DNA of 64,000 nt, taken from contig CM069145.1 in assembly GCA_035221665.1 (NCBI GenBank), positions 26,784,001-26,848,000 on the forward strand, read 5' to 3'. Every line of letters begins with the position of its first letter. Position 1 is the stretch's first letter. The translations under genes were made by a program, and so were the position numbers. This DNA comes from Okamejei kenojei. Lineage: Eukaryota. Below, in pieces: positions 36,036 to 49,700 of this stretch. Under the pieces are notes generated by a model that was not told the origin of the DNA, made no database searches, and saw only the letters and a program-made list of their open reading frames with translations.

Positions 36036-37674
36036 CAGTCCCCTCCAAAATGTTTGGGACAAAGACCCATCATTTATTTATTTGCCTCTGTACTCCACAA
36101 TTTGAGGTTTGTAATAGGAAAAAAAATCACTTGGGGTTAAAGTGCACATTGTCAGATTTTATTAAAGGCCATTTTTATACATTTTGGTTTCACCATGTAG
36201 AAATTGCAGCTGTGTTTATACATCGTCCCCCCATTTCATGGCACCATAATGTTTGGGACACATGGCTTTACAGGTGTTTGTAATTGTTCATGTGTGTTTA
36301 ATTACCTCCTATATGCAGGCATAATAGAGCTCTCAGCACGTAATATTTCCTCCAGTCTTTCCATCACCTTTGGAAACTTTTATTGCTGTTTATCAACATA
36401 AGGACCAAACTGGGGCCAATGAAAGTCAAAGAAGCCATTATGAGACTGATAAACAAGAATAGAACTGGTAGAGACATCAGCCAAACATTAGGCTTACCAA
36501 AATCAACTGTTTGGAACATCATTAAGAAGAAAGAGCACTGGTGAACTTACTAATCGCAAAGGGACTGGAAGAACTCCACAGCTGATGACAGAAGAATTCT
36601 CTCTATAATAAAGAAAAACCCCAAACGCTTGTCCAACAAATCAGAAACACTCTTCAGGAGTCGCGTGTGGATTTGTCAATGACCACTGTCCGCAGAAGAC
36701 TTCATGAACAGAAATACAGAGGCTACACTGCAAGATGCAAACCACAGCCACAAACATAGGATGGCCAGGTTACAGTTTGCCAAGAAGTACATAAAAGAGC
36801 AACCCCAGTTCTGGAAAAAGGTCTTGTAGACAGATGAGACGAAGATTAACTTTATATAAGAGTGATGGCAAGAGTAAAATATGGAGGAGAGAAGGAACTG
36901 CGCAAGATCCATAGCATACCATCTCATCTGTGAAACACTGTGGTGGGGGTGTTATGGCCTGGGCATGTATGGCTGCTGAAGGTACTGGCTCACTTATCTT
37001 CATTGATGATACAACTGCTGATGGTAGTAGCATAATGAATTCTGAAGTGTGTAGACACATCCTATCTGCTCAAGTTCCAACAATGCCTCAAAACCCATTG
37101 GCCTGCGGTTCATTCCACAGCAAGTCAATGATCCCAAACATATTCCAAAAGCAACAAAGGAGTTTTTCAAAGCTAAAATATGGTCAATTCTTGATTGGCC
37201 AAGTCAATCACCCGATCAAACCCAATTGAGCATGCCTTTTACATGCTGAAGAGAAAACTGAAGGGGACTAGCCCCCCAAAACAAGCATAAGCTAAAGATG
37301 GCTGCAATACAGGCCTGGCAGAGCATCACCAGAGAAGACACCCAGCAACTGGTGATGTCCATGAATCGCAGTCTTCAAACGGTCATTACATGCAAAGGAT
37401 ATACAACAAAATACTAAACATGACTACTTTCATTTACATGACATTGCTGTATCCCAAACACTATGGTGCCCTGGAATGGGGTGACTATGTATAAACACTG
37501 CTGTAATTTCTACATGGTGAAACCAAAATGTATAAAAATGGCCTTTATTAAAATTTGACATTGTGTACTTTAACCACATGTGATTTTTTTTTTTCTATTA
37601 CAAATCTAAAATTGTGGAGTACAGAGGCAAATAAATAAATGATGTGTCTTTGTCCCAAACATTATGGGGTACTG
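36036..37674 (+). mobile_element. Full-length but inactive Tc1-family DNA transposon (IR/DR type, ~225-bp TIRs)
   Basis: TA|CAGTCCCCTCCAAAATGTTTGGGACAAAGAC ... GTCTTTGTCCCAAACATTATGGGGTACTG. Inner direct repeats at ~36242-36262 and ~37450-37470. Transposase remnants inside. Confidence 0.95.
36398..37416 (+). pseudogene. Tc1 DD34E transposase pseudogene
   Basis: HTH region ISQTLGLPKSTVWNIIKK; L*TDETKIN; [13 protein letters not shown]; QQVNDPKH (D to V at the position normally read QQDND); DWPSQSPD../NPIEH; terminal TKY*. Several stops and frameshifts. Confidence 0.93.
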
Positions 37675-38122
37675 GAAACAAAATGCTTTCCATCATACGG
37701 CACTGCATGTCAAGATCACACTTCCATTACCCTTTGAGCTCAGGGAAAGGAGCCAAGTGTTAATAAGCCAGAACGTTTAAGTTGTGGTATGCCTCTATTG
37801 CTGTACCACTCTCGAGGGCAGATTAACAATTCTGAGGTCTGATACACAAAATAGAACACTTTAATCTAGTTGACCAAGATTCTCTACCACAGATTACTGT
37901 TACTTTGTGTTTTTTTGAATTCCAACTCCCATGCAAAATGACTGATTTTCAACTGAACATTTTGATAAACTGATGGAGAAACCTTGCAGTAATCTCTGAG
38001 ATCTTTATACTGTATCCATGGTTTGCTACTTTCTGGCAATGGCTGTCCAGTTTTAGGAACTTTGTGGCTGATACCTTGAAATCTGACTTGTTCCTTTTAG
38101 GATGGGCAAGTGTGAGAATTGT

Positions 38123-38205
38123 CCTGACCTGAAACGTTACCTTTCCATGTTCTCCAGAGATGCTCCCTGACCCGTTGAGTTACTTCTGCGCTTTGTGTCT
38201 TTTTT
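38123..38205 (+). mobile_element. Penelope-related short repeat, partial
   Basis: GACCTGAAACGTTACC...TCTCCAGAGATGCT...GAGTTACT. Confidence 0.7.
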
Positions 38206-39396
38206 TGTGGGAAGTGTATACTTTGCATTGAAGAGTAGCTAAGGTTAGCTGTGAAATGTCAGTTATGCCTATTCCTTTTTCACCTGATGTTGGATGCAAC
38301 CAGGCTAATTTGCATTAGCAGATGGGAGTAGTAGGGAGATGTGAGCACAGGAAGATGGAGGCTAGGGATATAGGTTCGCATCTGAAAGATTTGTCCTATT
38401 CTCTGAATCCGGGTTATTCACTTGTCACTAATTTGAAGTTAACTCTATGCAAACCAATTGATTCTGGATCAATTGGTGTACAAAAAAAAACTAAATGCAA
38501 TGTGCAATTCTTGAAGCTGCGGCTGACTTCTTTGAATAATCTCCCAAGATGTTTGAACCCATAGAGAAGATGTAGCAGTAATTATCCCGGGAGCAAACTG
38601 CCACTCTATGGGTAGGCAGTCACTGAACTGGGTAAGCTGACCTTGCTAGCAAGACAAAAGCAATTTAGATTGTTATGAAAAAGTTCCAAATTTCCTTTCC
38701 CTGCCTGTGCTCACTATCATGCACGTGTTATACAATCAGCTCCTTCTAAAACAGCAATAGGTGCAGAGCACAAAAGTGTTCATTAAAGGACATCTCGCCA
38801 AAAGATGTTTTCTATTTTCTGAACAATTACTCACTTTTCAATTCATTTGAAAGCAACCTTAATTTTTAAACTCTTCAGTTATGTTAAAGTAAATCCTGTG
38901 ATCTTTGAAGGGGATTGGTAATGCTTCTCTGCAGAATTTTTATACCCATTATTACACCATGTGGACCTTTTCTTTACATTTGTATATAATCAAACATTAT
39001 AGGGGACGTGCCCCATAGAAGTAGAACATTATACATTATTTGTGCGAAGTGAGTATTTCCAATTTCTCATGTGGTGTGATGGATGAAAACTCCATAATAA
39101 AAATTACTGTACAATTGAAGGTAATTGCACCCTTTGGGCATCATCAGGCTGAGAATTGCCATGTAACTGCAGCATGGTATTAAGTGCACTGCGTTACATT
39201 CCATATATTACAGAATGAACCAGCTAGGCTGAATGGTTGATTAACTCCAAGCGGTTGATAATGGCAGTTTGTCTCCTATGATTGCATTAAGCAGTAAATG
39301 GTCAAACCTGTTATGGAGCGTGAAGATTTTATGGTTTTTGAGCTGATCCTTCCCTTGATTTTAAATATTTGAGTCTTCATAAATCATAAAATACTT

Positions 39397-39398
<2 letters not shown>

Positions 39399-39466
<68 letters not shown>
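39399..39466. repeat. (AT)34 microsatellite
   Basis: Perfect dinucleotide run. Confidence 0.97.
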
Positions 39467-39476
<10 letters not shown>

Positions 39477-40404
39477 CAGCAGTTTATCCCTTGAGACAAT
39501 TAGTGTACTTAAGAGGGGGGAAAACATTTATGGTAACTGGGTTATAAATAAATGTGAATTGCTTCAGAGAATTTTTATCTTTCTCCGCCCCACTAATTAT
39601 TGTTCACAATTAGTTTGTCTGCAGCATATAAAAGGGGCTAAAAGTACATTGCAGATCAATCAGCATCTGAAAGGGAAAAATGACATTTTGGCTATAACCT
39701 CTTAATGACAATTATAGCATGGGTTTTTCTTTTAACTGGTGGGGGTTATGTATTTCCAGTTTTTTAGCTTTTCAACATCTTTTTCACATCTCTGAATTTA
39801 AGCTTTTCACCCTCATATCTTATGCTCCTAAAATACGTCTGTGCTATATGCTTTAATGTCAATGCTTTATGCTTTAATTTCATCAATTTATTTGCTATAT
39901 GCTTTAATTTCATTTTATCAATTTATTCAAAATGGATTTGAATCTTTACTATTTTTTTTTTTTAAATGGCACTATATTTCATCCTAATTTTATCCTGAAT
40001 GATTCCCTTGTAGTGATTCAGAATAATTAATTGGTTCATCAAAATATATTTGTTTCTTCAATCTTAACATTTGATTTGGGAAGAATCCCATTTATGAAAG
40101 TATTCATTGTAATGGTATATAGACTGATTTGTTTGAAAATGTTCTCTGAATATGTTTTTTATTCTTCATTACTTTGCTCACAAAGATAAGGTCTTGGTGG
40201 ATCATACTTGATCATATTTTCCTTGGGTCTTTTAACCCTGAAATTAAAGCAGTTGGATTTTTTACTAAAATTAAAATACTGCCGATGCTGAAAAACTGAA
40301 ATAAAATAGAGTATGCTGGAAATATTAACTAGTTGGGTTAATGCAAGTTAATGTTTCAGTTCAAGGATATTTTCTTATGATCGAGTTAAATCTGTTTTTT
40401 CCAT

Positions 40405-40735
40405 GTGGTTAGTTGGTTGCTGGTACGGCTTCGCAGCTCCAAGGACTCTGGCTCAGTCGTGACTTGGGTGCTATTTTTGCACATTCTTTTCTTGAGCATG
40501 TGAGTTTCCCCTCTAGTGCTCTATTTCCTTTGCAAATCCCAGAGACGTATTGCAAGATTAATTGACTGCTGTAAATTATCCCTTATTGCAGGCAAAATGA
40601 AACAAAAGTTAGTTGAGGGGCATATGTGAACGAAAATATATTACAGGGGTTGCAGGAAAATAGGAGAGGGAACAATGGGATGAATGCAATTGCTCCCCTG
40701 GAAGCCTGCGTGAATCTGATGGGTCATCTCTTATG
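40405..40735 (+). mobile_element. Old diverged V-SINE
   Basis: Decayed tRNA head and V-domain (TTTGCACATTCT...GAGTTTCCCC...AATCCCAGAGACGT...TTAATTGACTGCTGTAAATTATCCC). Confidence 0.6.
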
Positions 40736-43700
40736 TTACAGGTGTAATGTGGATGTTGCCTGCCGCCCTACTGACTCTCTGGTTCATTTTCACAATATAA
40801 CACTAAACATTGTCATGTAATCATTTGTTTACACTGAACAATATGTTTTATATGATAATTGAAAGGAATCACCATCAACATCTAAAGCTACTAAATGGAT
40901 CTGTGCACAAGTGTACCATGATGTAGAAACATATTCAGTTGCTAGTTTTCCAACTGATTCTGGATTTAGGCTAAATTAATCAGGGTGCTTCCCAATGCTC
41001 AATCATGGGAGACAGGATTTACCCAGATTTCCCACTTCCAATTGATTTCTAGAAGTTGACCGAGTTGTTCATTTTTAGGGATGTCGGAGGAGGGTTCACA
41101 AGTACTCTAGTTGCCTGCCAGTGTTAATCACGCATTCAGAAAGGTCGCTGATTGTCGCCGTCAGGCGATACTTATCACAGTTTGCCTTTCGTTGTAAGTT
41201 CCGAATTCAATCATGCTGATTGATGGAAAGTCCAAACTGGGTGATGTTAGTTTATCGGGGATAGAATATACAGAAGCTTAGTTTGTGACTGTTTTGGTGT
41301 GCTTGATTATGGATAATAATTTAATATGGGGGGGGAGGGGGGGAACCTGAAGTATTTTAACCACATTTGTTTTCAACCACATTTGTTTGGAAGAGTTGGC
41401 AGAGACACAGTGGGTGCAGAAGAAATTTGAAGAATGGTGATGGGTGAGCTACTTTATATATAACCCTTATTTTAAAAAAAATGCAGGCTCTCCAGCTTGA
41501 ATTGAAAATGATATAAAGGAGCTGGGGTGGGGGGAGTTAAGATGAAAGATTTTGAAAATTGAACAGGTGCAAATCTGACTTTTATTAAATTCAAACCAAA
41601 AGTATTTAAAATAATCAAAAACAAGAAAACTTTGGATTGTTTTCAAAGATAAGCAGGGACCTTGTATTAGGTCCTCTAATAACCTACCAGTAACAATGGT
41701 GGAAACTATTCAGCAAGATCTCAAGTATCAACATATATATGGGCATAATGTGGGTGGTTTGAAGAGACAAAATAATGCCTTCTGATTGTATAAATGTAAC
41801 AAATAAAAATGGGAATTCACAGTAGCCACAGGCTGTCAAGTATGAGGTTTGCTGCATTGTTACAGATTTTGGAAGCTTGGTTACTTTCAACCTTACCGAT
41901 TCAGTTGCATTAGTCAGAATGTTATATTGAAGCTAGTGGTGATTAGCGGGCTACCAAAATTGATACTATCTTGGCTGGAATTACAAAATCATTACACCAC
42001 AGGCGGGAGGCTATTCGAGCATTTGGCCAAATCTCATAAAAGCAATCACATGGAAAAGATTTTTATTTCATATTGCTTTAGAAGAGTATTTTGTAAACTG
42101 ACTTATTTGTTTAGTGAGGCGGAGAGTGACTCTTGCTTAAGTATGTTTTGTGCAGTGTGTGGTTTGTTTACTGTGTTCCAAAAGAGGCATATTGACCTGA
42201 ATGGATAGTATTGCAGTTTTTTTATTTGTGCTTCGACCAACCATGCCCTAGGTAATGATGTGCACCTGAAATGGAATCTCAGGTGTACAATGTTAGCCGT
42301 TATTTAACAGCTCTATTTATAATATTGCATTGTTCTACTATTCTCTGTCATGCAGCGCTCTAGCATATCTAGTGATGGTTATCCATCAGCCTCTGGTAGC
42401 TGTAATAAAGACAAATTGAATTAATAATTGCTTTTTAAATGCCAAAATGATTAAGACAAGCTGCCTAAACGCCTTATGTACTTTAGGGATTTCACAAGTA
42501 TGCAAACCATAATATTATAGTGGTATAGATTAATCAGCAAAATCAAGTGTATTTCACTGTTGTATTCTTCACAACAAATAATACACCAGCTCAATAAAAT
42601 TATGTCATTTATGTATAGTATTAAGAAAAGTGGAATGATTAAGGAGAAAATAGTGCACGGGTGATTAATCTGCGGTTCTGTAGCTTATCACATCTTGTAC
42701 TTCACAATATACTTGTGATTTGCTGGGGAAGAGATACGATTAATACAAGAACTCATCGTGCATTTAATTTGCCTTGCAGGTTTGAATGCAAATAGTGAAG
42801 TATAAAATATCGTATCAATAAGTTTAACAGTGGTGTGCAAAATAATGTATTTCAGACATTGGACTCAAAAAAGCATTCCATTAATTTGTTCTGTAATTTC
42901 CTTTAAAATGTTTCCTCACACTGTACAAATGTTAAAAACCCAGAATGTTCTTTAATTATATATATATATATTGTTCATAATCTGCAATGCAGTCATATAA
43001 ACTAACAAAATGTATGGATTAATGTACTGCTAAATCTTGTATCAAAAGGGCCAAGTGGCATACGGTCTCCATTGATCGATTGTATTTAATTTTAGATATT
43101 AAAAGTATAACATTGCGTGGAATAATATTGTTATGCTAGTTTTCTAAAAATCTCAGGCAGCAAGATTGGGCAGAGTGTAGGTGCTATCAGTCTGATTAAA
43201 CTGTGTTTGGGGTTTTTACAAGTATAAAAATGATCTTGTAATGAAGGCTGAAGTGTAGGGGCCACTTAAGCAAGGGGAGGGTTTTCTTTGTAAATAATAG
43301 ATCAAGAGCACCAACACACTCGCTTAATGGATTCGTGTGCGGCATCAGCTTCAAGGACAGACCATGATGCAGAACCACAACCGCAAATACTGGTAATCAG
43401 CAGCTTGTGGTTACTGTTTGCTAGTTCTGGTCAATGAACAAATTGGTATTTACACAACAATTTAAAAAAAAAATTGGTCTCATTACTCCGAATACTGGTG
43501 TAAATTGTATGAACATTTAGTAACAAAAAACCCTGGTGCAGCATATTGGATATATAACTTCACCCAAACTGGTTCAGAAACCTTCACATTTTTAACTTAA
43601 AGAAAGCAAATGAAAATAGGGACTCAAATATTGCTGTTTGGTGCTTTATGGCATGGCTGTGGTAATATTTTAGAATTCTGTACAGTGGTGGTTCGGCAGA

Positions 43701-44749
43701 TTACGAATATTTTTAGCAAAGATTGCTGTATGTTAAAGTATTGGAAAATCTTTGAAGATTCTTTCTCTCTTCCTGCCCCAAATATATTCAGGCTGATTAT
43801 TGTCCCGGATGTTCTAAGGCAATGTTTGAAAGTACTTGTAACTCCTTTAGCCTCTTTATCTGGAGCATGCTAATTTTATTTTTAAGGGACCATAGAACGT
43901 TCAGACAGTAATAAAACAAAGAATAAATTATCCAGTGGTATTAGTTTTTAAATATGACAGAACCTCCAAATATCATCTACTTGAGCTACTTTGAGCAGTG
44001 TTTTTTTTTTTGCTTTTCGCAGAACACACATGCCTGTTCTGTCAGTTAATAAGAATTGCTGAATTCTAATGCAAGATTTTCTAAACTGAAAGTAACATGT
44101 TGAATAAATTGGAATGATTTTTAAGTATTTTATTTAAGTGAAGACTTTACACTCATCCTTTGCAATGATTTTTGTCAGTAGATTTTTTTTGTGTTATTGC
44201 AAACTATTGTAATTACTTAATTAGCTTTTATCTCTTGTAATTGTAGATACTCTACAATTGAAATTTTAACTCTGGGGTGCATTGAGTAACATTTAATAGA
44301 AATTATTGGGTCTTTTAAAATAATTTATTAAATTAGCACTAACGCTGTAGAGGAAGTTGTCTTGAATTTCTTTAAAACACTGAATAAATTGTTTTTGCCT
44401 GACACTCAATTACACAGCTTGCTAGTCTTTAAAAGCAGATCTATGTTTCATGTGGAAATATCTACCACAGTTGGTGGAATGAGTGCAGCCATCCTCATGT
44501 TACTGTATTATGCCCCCACCTCCAATACAAACAAAATAGCAAGGAATACCAAGGCTAGGTTCGAGCATGCACTAAAAGAAATTAATACAATACCAATGGA
44601 ATGTGTTTACAAGAGCTTTTGCGGTTGGAATCGAGCACCCTTTCTGCTATTGCCCTATATTTTGAGCTGAAAATGTTGTATTTGTGAGTCAATGTTATCT
44701 GATATTAAATATAAATTCTTAATTATAATTTACAATATGTATTTGGTTA

Positions 44750-46700
44750 CGGCCAGATAAATCAATATATTTGAGGCCAAGATCGAGACACAAATTTCAT
44801 TCACGACTTGCTACTCCGCTATCCCAGTCAGTGTGGAGAGAGCCCTGTATTAGATGTGTCTCGCGGTATTACCGATCTTCGGCATTATGGCAGGTTTTGT
44901 TCAGTGCTGGAAAGCAGAATCTTGACAGCTAATTGATAATCCTGCCATCAGCTGTTTAGACATTTTTCCTTTGTGACATTGGAAAAAAGACAGGAAAGAG
45001 AATATGAAGCTCGTAAATAATGTCAAAAGATCAAGAAATCAATGGCCAGAGGAAAGTGATCTGTTTATTTGGTGTAGCTGCTCTTTTCTGTTCACATTAA
45101 TTCCGAGCAATGGTCTTCAGCAGCCACTAAATTTGCTTTTATTCAGTCCCGAGGAGATGAAATGCAACCAAGAGAGCCTTCTCATAAAGCAGGCATATCA
45201 ACAGACATAGCTTATGCGTAGGTATTATAAAACAAGGTTTTCCGCATTACTGTTTTAGATAAAGCCAGTTACCCAGTGAAATGGTCTCCTGAACAAAACG
45301 TTTATAATTTCTGCCTTGTTTTTGATGGATGAAGTGATCTTGTAACTTACATTTGGAAAAGTTAGGCCAATAAAGTGCCAAAATATTGCCATAAATCAGA
45401 ATGGTGGCATTTATTTCATGTTTCTACATACAAGCTAATACATTCTGAATGCAGCTGAACTCACTCAAATTCAACTTTTCTCCAAGTTGCATAGCTGATG
45501 CTGAAACTGGGCATGTTTCTGCATGTTGTATTTGAAAATGGCACAATAGATATAAGAAAAAAAATAACAATTTCTGGACATTTCTGGATGATAAATTTAA
45601 TATTCTTTGCTATTTGGAATTCTCCTTTGAAAATGAATTGGTAATGAATGCATTCAGTACTGCAGAATAGATTTACCCTCTGTTTCAAATAGTTGACGTT
45701 ATCGGGCCCTGTCATTTATTCCTTCCTATTTTCTAGCTGCTAATTGATGTTTTTGATGTTGGCAAGAAAATTGAAGAAAATGTCATGTGTGAACCAGAGC
45801 GGAAGTTAATAAGATTTACTTCGTTGACGGAATATACAATGAGCGAAGAGACCGCATAATGGGACCGCTGCGAATTTGTGTCCTCTCTTTAGAGCCGAAC
45901 ATTGACACCTCATGCCAGGCTGCAGTCGATAACGGAAAATGGAACATTTGCGAAGATTCTTAATCTCATCTTTTCAATTCCCCCTCCCAACTCCTTGCTC
46001 TGCTGTATGGGGCTTATTTAGTTGCATAAGCAGCTGCCTGTCCAAGGTCTACTGCCTTGGTCAGCGAAAGCCTGGCGCTCAGTCTCCCAGGGCTGACCAA
46101 CAATGCCTATTTTTAATGGTGTTTTGAGTTTGAAAGCAAAGAGTCTTAAAAAGGTTAGATTAAGATGCCTCTTAAAGAGAGGTATAGTGATATCAAGCAG
46201 GGTCATCGCATATCCATTGATGAATGGGGAAAAAAACCCTCAAACTTTAATCCCGCAGAATGGAACAAATAGCAACATGGCGCCTACTTGAGTCCTTTGT
46301 TTTAAAACTGGCGAAAAGCCGAGAATATTTAAAATTTTCCCCACTTAAAACAGACATCTTCCAGCTGCGCTTGTTGCATTAATACCCGGTATCCTACACG
46401 TTTATTTAGAAACGATGGTGTTCTTTTGTTCTGACAATTTTGAAATTCTACAGAAGAACGCTTTTTGGAATTGCGCGTTTAATTACCAAATGGATTAGTT
46501 GGGCGAGGTTTGCTGATTCTGTTTTTATGGTCTTCGGGGAAATGCGTTAAAGCCTTATACCCCTTAGCGCTTTTTATTTGAAGCCGCTGCACAAAACAGG
46601 TCCTCGGCTACTGCTCGTCTCTCAAGGATATTCGAAGACCGACATTATTCAGAGGCTAGCCAATTAATTCCGCGGGCTATGATCAGTTAGAGCTTCCTTT
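44750..46700. promoter_or_regulatory. CpG-retaining unique region, candidate enhancer or promoter
   Basis: Many CpGs outside any TE. ETS-type CGGAAGT (45800-45806), YY1-type CAACATGGCGCC (46273-46284), TGACAG/TAAT cluster (~44922-44960). Confidence 0.35.
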
Positions 46701-49700
46701 CCCTTTCTGCCATTTGAAATGCTAACACGATGAAATTTTTTCTCTTGGTACATGTCCCTGGGCAAAGCCACCGCCGCAGGCTCCAGGAAAAGTCCTGAGA
46801 ATCTCATTGACTGATGAGAGCAAGAAAGGTTGTGATACGTGATTTACAATCTAAGTGTTTTTTGACTCGCATAACAAACTGGACCTAATGTATGTATTTA
46901 GGACATTTATTTTCCATGAACATGTATCATAGTTGGTGTAGGTCTGGCCATCCATATTCTTAAATTATTTTTTGGTAGTGAGGTGCTACATAACTCATGA
47001 GCTCCTTATGGTCTCAAGAACCGATCCCTGAGGTTGTTGGTGTGTCATTGAACCTGGAAGATTAATCTCTTGCCAAAAAAGTCCCCTACACATCATCTGT
47101 GGTATCCTGTGCTGTTATGTCTGTGTTCTGTTTAACATTACAGAAGAGGAATCCTTGAGTAATGATATGCACCATTAATTGGTTATAGTTGAAATGGATC
47201 ATTTTCACTGTTTAGTAACGTCCTGCTTTTCTAATAAATTGGCTGTCTAAAGAGGAGCTTTTTTCAGCATATAACCATCCCTGAAAAAAGGAAGCCAGGT
47301 GATGATTGTAGAATGACAAGTTGTACTGCAGCAGAAATTGGATTGTTCTCCCAAATTGTTAGTAAAAGATGCTGCCTGAGATTGGTATCCAGTTCTGTAG
47401 CTGTCTGCAAAGAATAACGCAGGTGGCTCCCTATGGCTGACTTTTCCTGACAAGATGCCATTAGAAATACCAGCCCCGTTGATCAATTCAGTCGACATGA
47501 CAGATTTGCCGTAAGGCCTAGCTCTTTGAGTAGGGCACTCTGTTTTCCCCCCTTCTTTTTCTTTGCACTAATTGGTGAAAAGGATCTCTGAGCTGGTGGC
47601 CCAGGAAACTTTCTGAACACATCTTATTGGAGTGTTGACTTCATTAGAATTGTAAGTGGGACCCCAGTAGCTAGTACAAAAAGTTAATTTGTTCTTGAAT
47701 TGTATTGTAGATGATTTCATTAGTGTTTTGGTGAGAACTGTCTAAAGGAGAGAACTGTTTTTTTTTTGCTGTAAATTTGCATGAGCCTTTTTCTTGAATT
47801 TGATGGCAAAATCATGGTGGACCCTTGCAGTTGATTTTTATTTGTTTATAGTAACATGATATTTCTCATTATCAGTTGATGTTTGTACGCACATAAATTG
47901 TCACTTTGGCTGAATACATTTAAAAATAAATGTTGACTTTGAAAGCTGATATATGTGTCCTCTCCTCGAACTGTTAAACGATTTCCTTGGTTAAAATTAA
48001 TAATTGATATAGTGTAATAGATTTTGTTTAAAAAAACCCGAATTCATTTGTCTTTTTACAAACATGCAAAAATTTTAATTTACAATGTGCTGTTTACCCA
48101 TTTCTTAATTTTTCAAGTTGGCATGTGGTGTGTTCTGTGTACAAAAAATAATTGTTGTTCCTAATAGATGATCTAGGAACTAATTTATGAGTCATTTAAT
48201 CATGCAGACTTTTGTATTACAATTGATATCATAAAAAATAATTCCCTGGTCTAATGAAACAGCTTCAATCTTTATTTTTCGTATCCTTTCTGTTGTACGT
48301 TGCTGTTCTGTTACCAGTGCTATTGATGATTACAGATTTTTATTTATTTTAGTCCTTTGGTTATTTTATTAGAATCTACTGGTATTTTGAGAAAAGCTTT
48401 GAATAATAATTCAAGATTCTGTATTTCAATAATAAATCCATGAAATAATCTACAATTTTTTTGTGGCATTGTTCTGTAAATATTAATGGATAATCCCGAA
48501 CGTAAGAATTTAAGGATGTGTGCGAAAACTAGTTATCACCTAGATGATAAAATAGCAAATGTTAGAAAGAGCAGAAGAATGTGCACTGTTCGCATTAAAA
48601 AATCCTGATTCCTATGGTGGAGGCACTAATAAAGGTGAAATTGGTTTTGTTTGACATGTTTAAATGATGCTGTTTGTCTGGACAGATTAAGATATTAGTT
48701 TAGAATTAGTTGTTTGCTAAAATATGCACTATTAACATTATCAAGCTGTCTGTTGGTATAAAAAATCAGACCTGACGAGTGTGAAAAGCAGCGCATCGAG
48801 AACTGGGCTTTAAACCCTCTGCGGATCGTAAAAAGGATCAAAGCAACTTGTTTTATGTGTGCGAGACTTTGAAGTCTTCACTGCACCTACAGCACTGATT
48901 TCATCAAGTTCACTAGTGTCTTAATAGCAGATCAATAACTTTCAAAGTCTGAGTTAATTTGATACTAGGGTTGATGTGATCGTGCTGCGTAAGTAGAGGT
49001 AGCGGGAGCTGTCTGCCGTAAATGTTCTGTCAGGCAAGTGCTTTCTGCACCCACTGCTACAGAGTCTGCAGCCTGTAACTTCACTTGGTTCGAAAGCCTC
49101 AAACCTGGCAGAGTTCCCAAACGTTCTCCACTGTCGCTTATGCACTATCCACCCCACTCCCAGACCTCCCATTCTGAAGAGCGCGCAGAGTAAAAAGTAA
49201 ATTGTCCAAAGACGAGTAAAATGCAACAGATCATTCAAGGCGCGCGGTGGAAATTGACGGTAGAAGTAACTGGCCAGAGAAATGGACACGTCTTCGTGTT
49301 AGCAGACTTTAGTTTCAAGCAACGGAGGGTAGAGAGAATAGTATGAAAGAAAAGGACATATGCACGGGAAGAAAATTTAAAAAAAGCTGAAAGAAGTGTT
49401 TTCAGGAGATTTGCCATCTGCATATGGAGCTGGAGGGCTGTTGCAACGGGGTCAGGCTGGCTCATCAGAGGACAAAACTCCAATTTAGATTGTTCATCTA
49501 ACGATTGCTAATGGTATTAGAAGCAGCCAGTAGGGTGGTCAGTCAGAGCAGTAGATTAGTTCAGTAACCATAGTTGCTTGACCCAGACACCTTCGTTTCA
49601 GTGGTCAGATGGCATTAACCGTTGCATCTGTCACTTTTCTGTGGGATTTTATTTTTAAGATTTTCCTCCTGCTCCTCCCCAGCCTTAAATCATCTTTTAA

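Noticed and set aside
36930-37229. Tc1 ORF as an active or domesticated transposase
   Set aside because: Stops and frameshifts on both sides and an altered catalytic motif.
39840-39930. Imperfect GCTATATGCTTTAAT repeats (also the 16-bp duplication near 41358-41388)
   Set aside because: Ordinary slippage-type local duplications.
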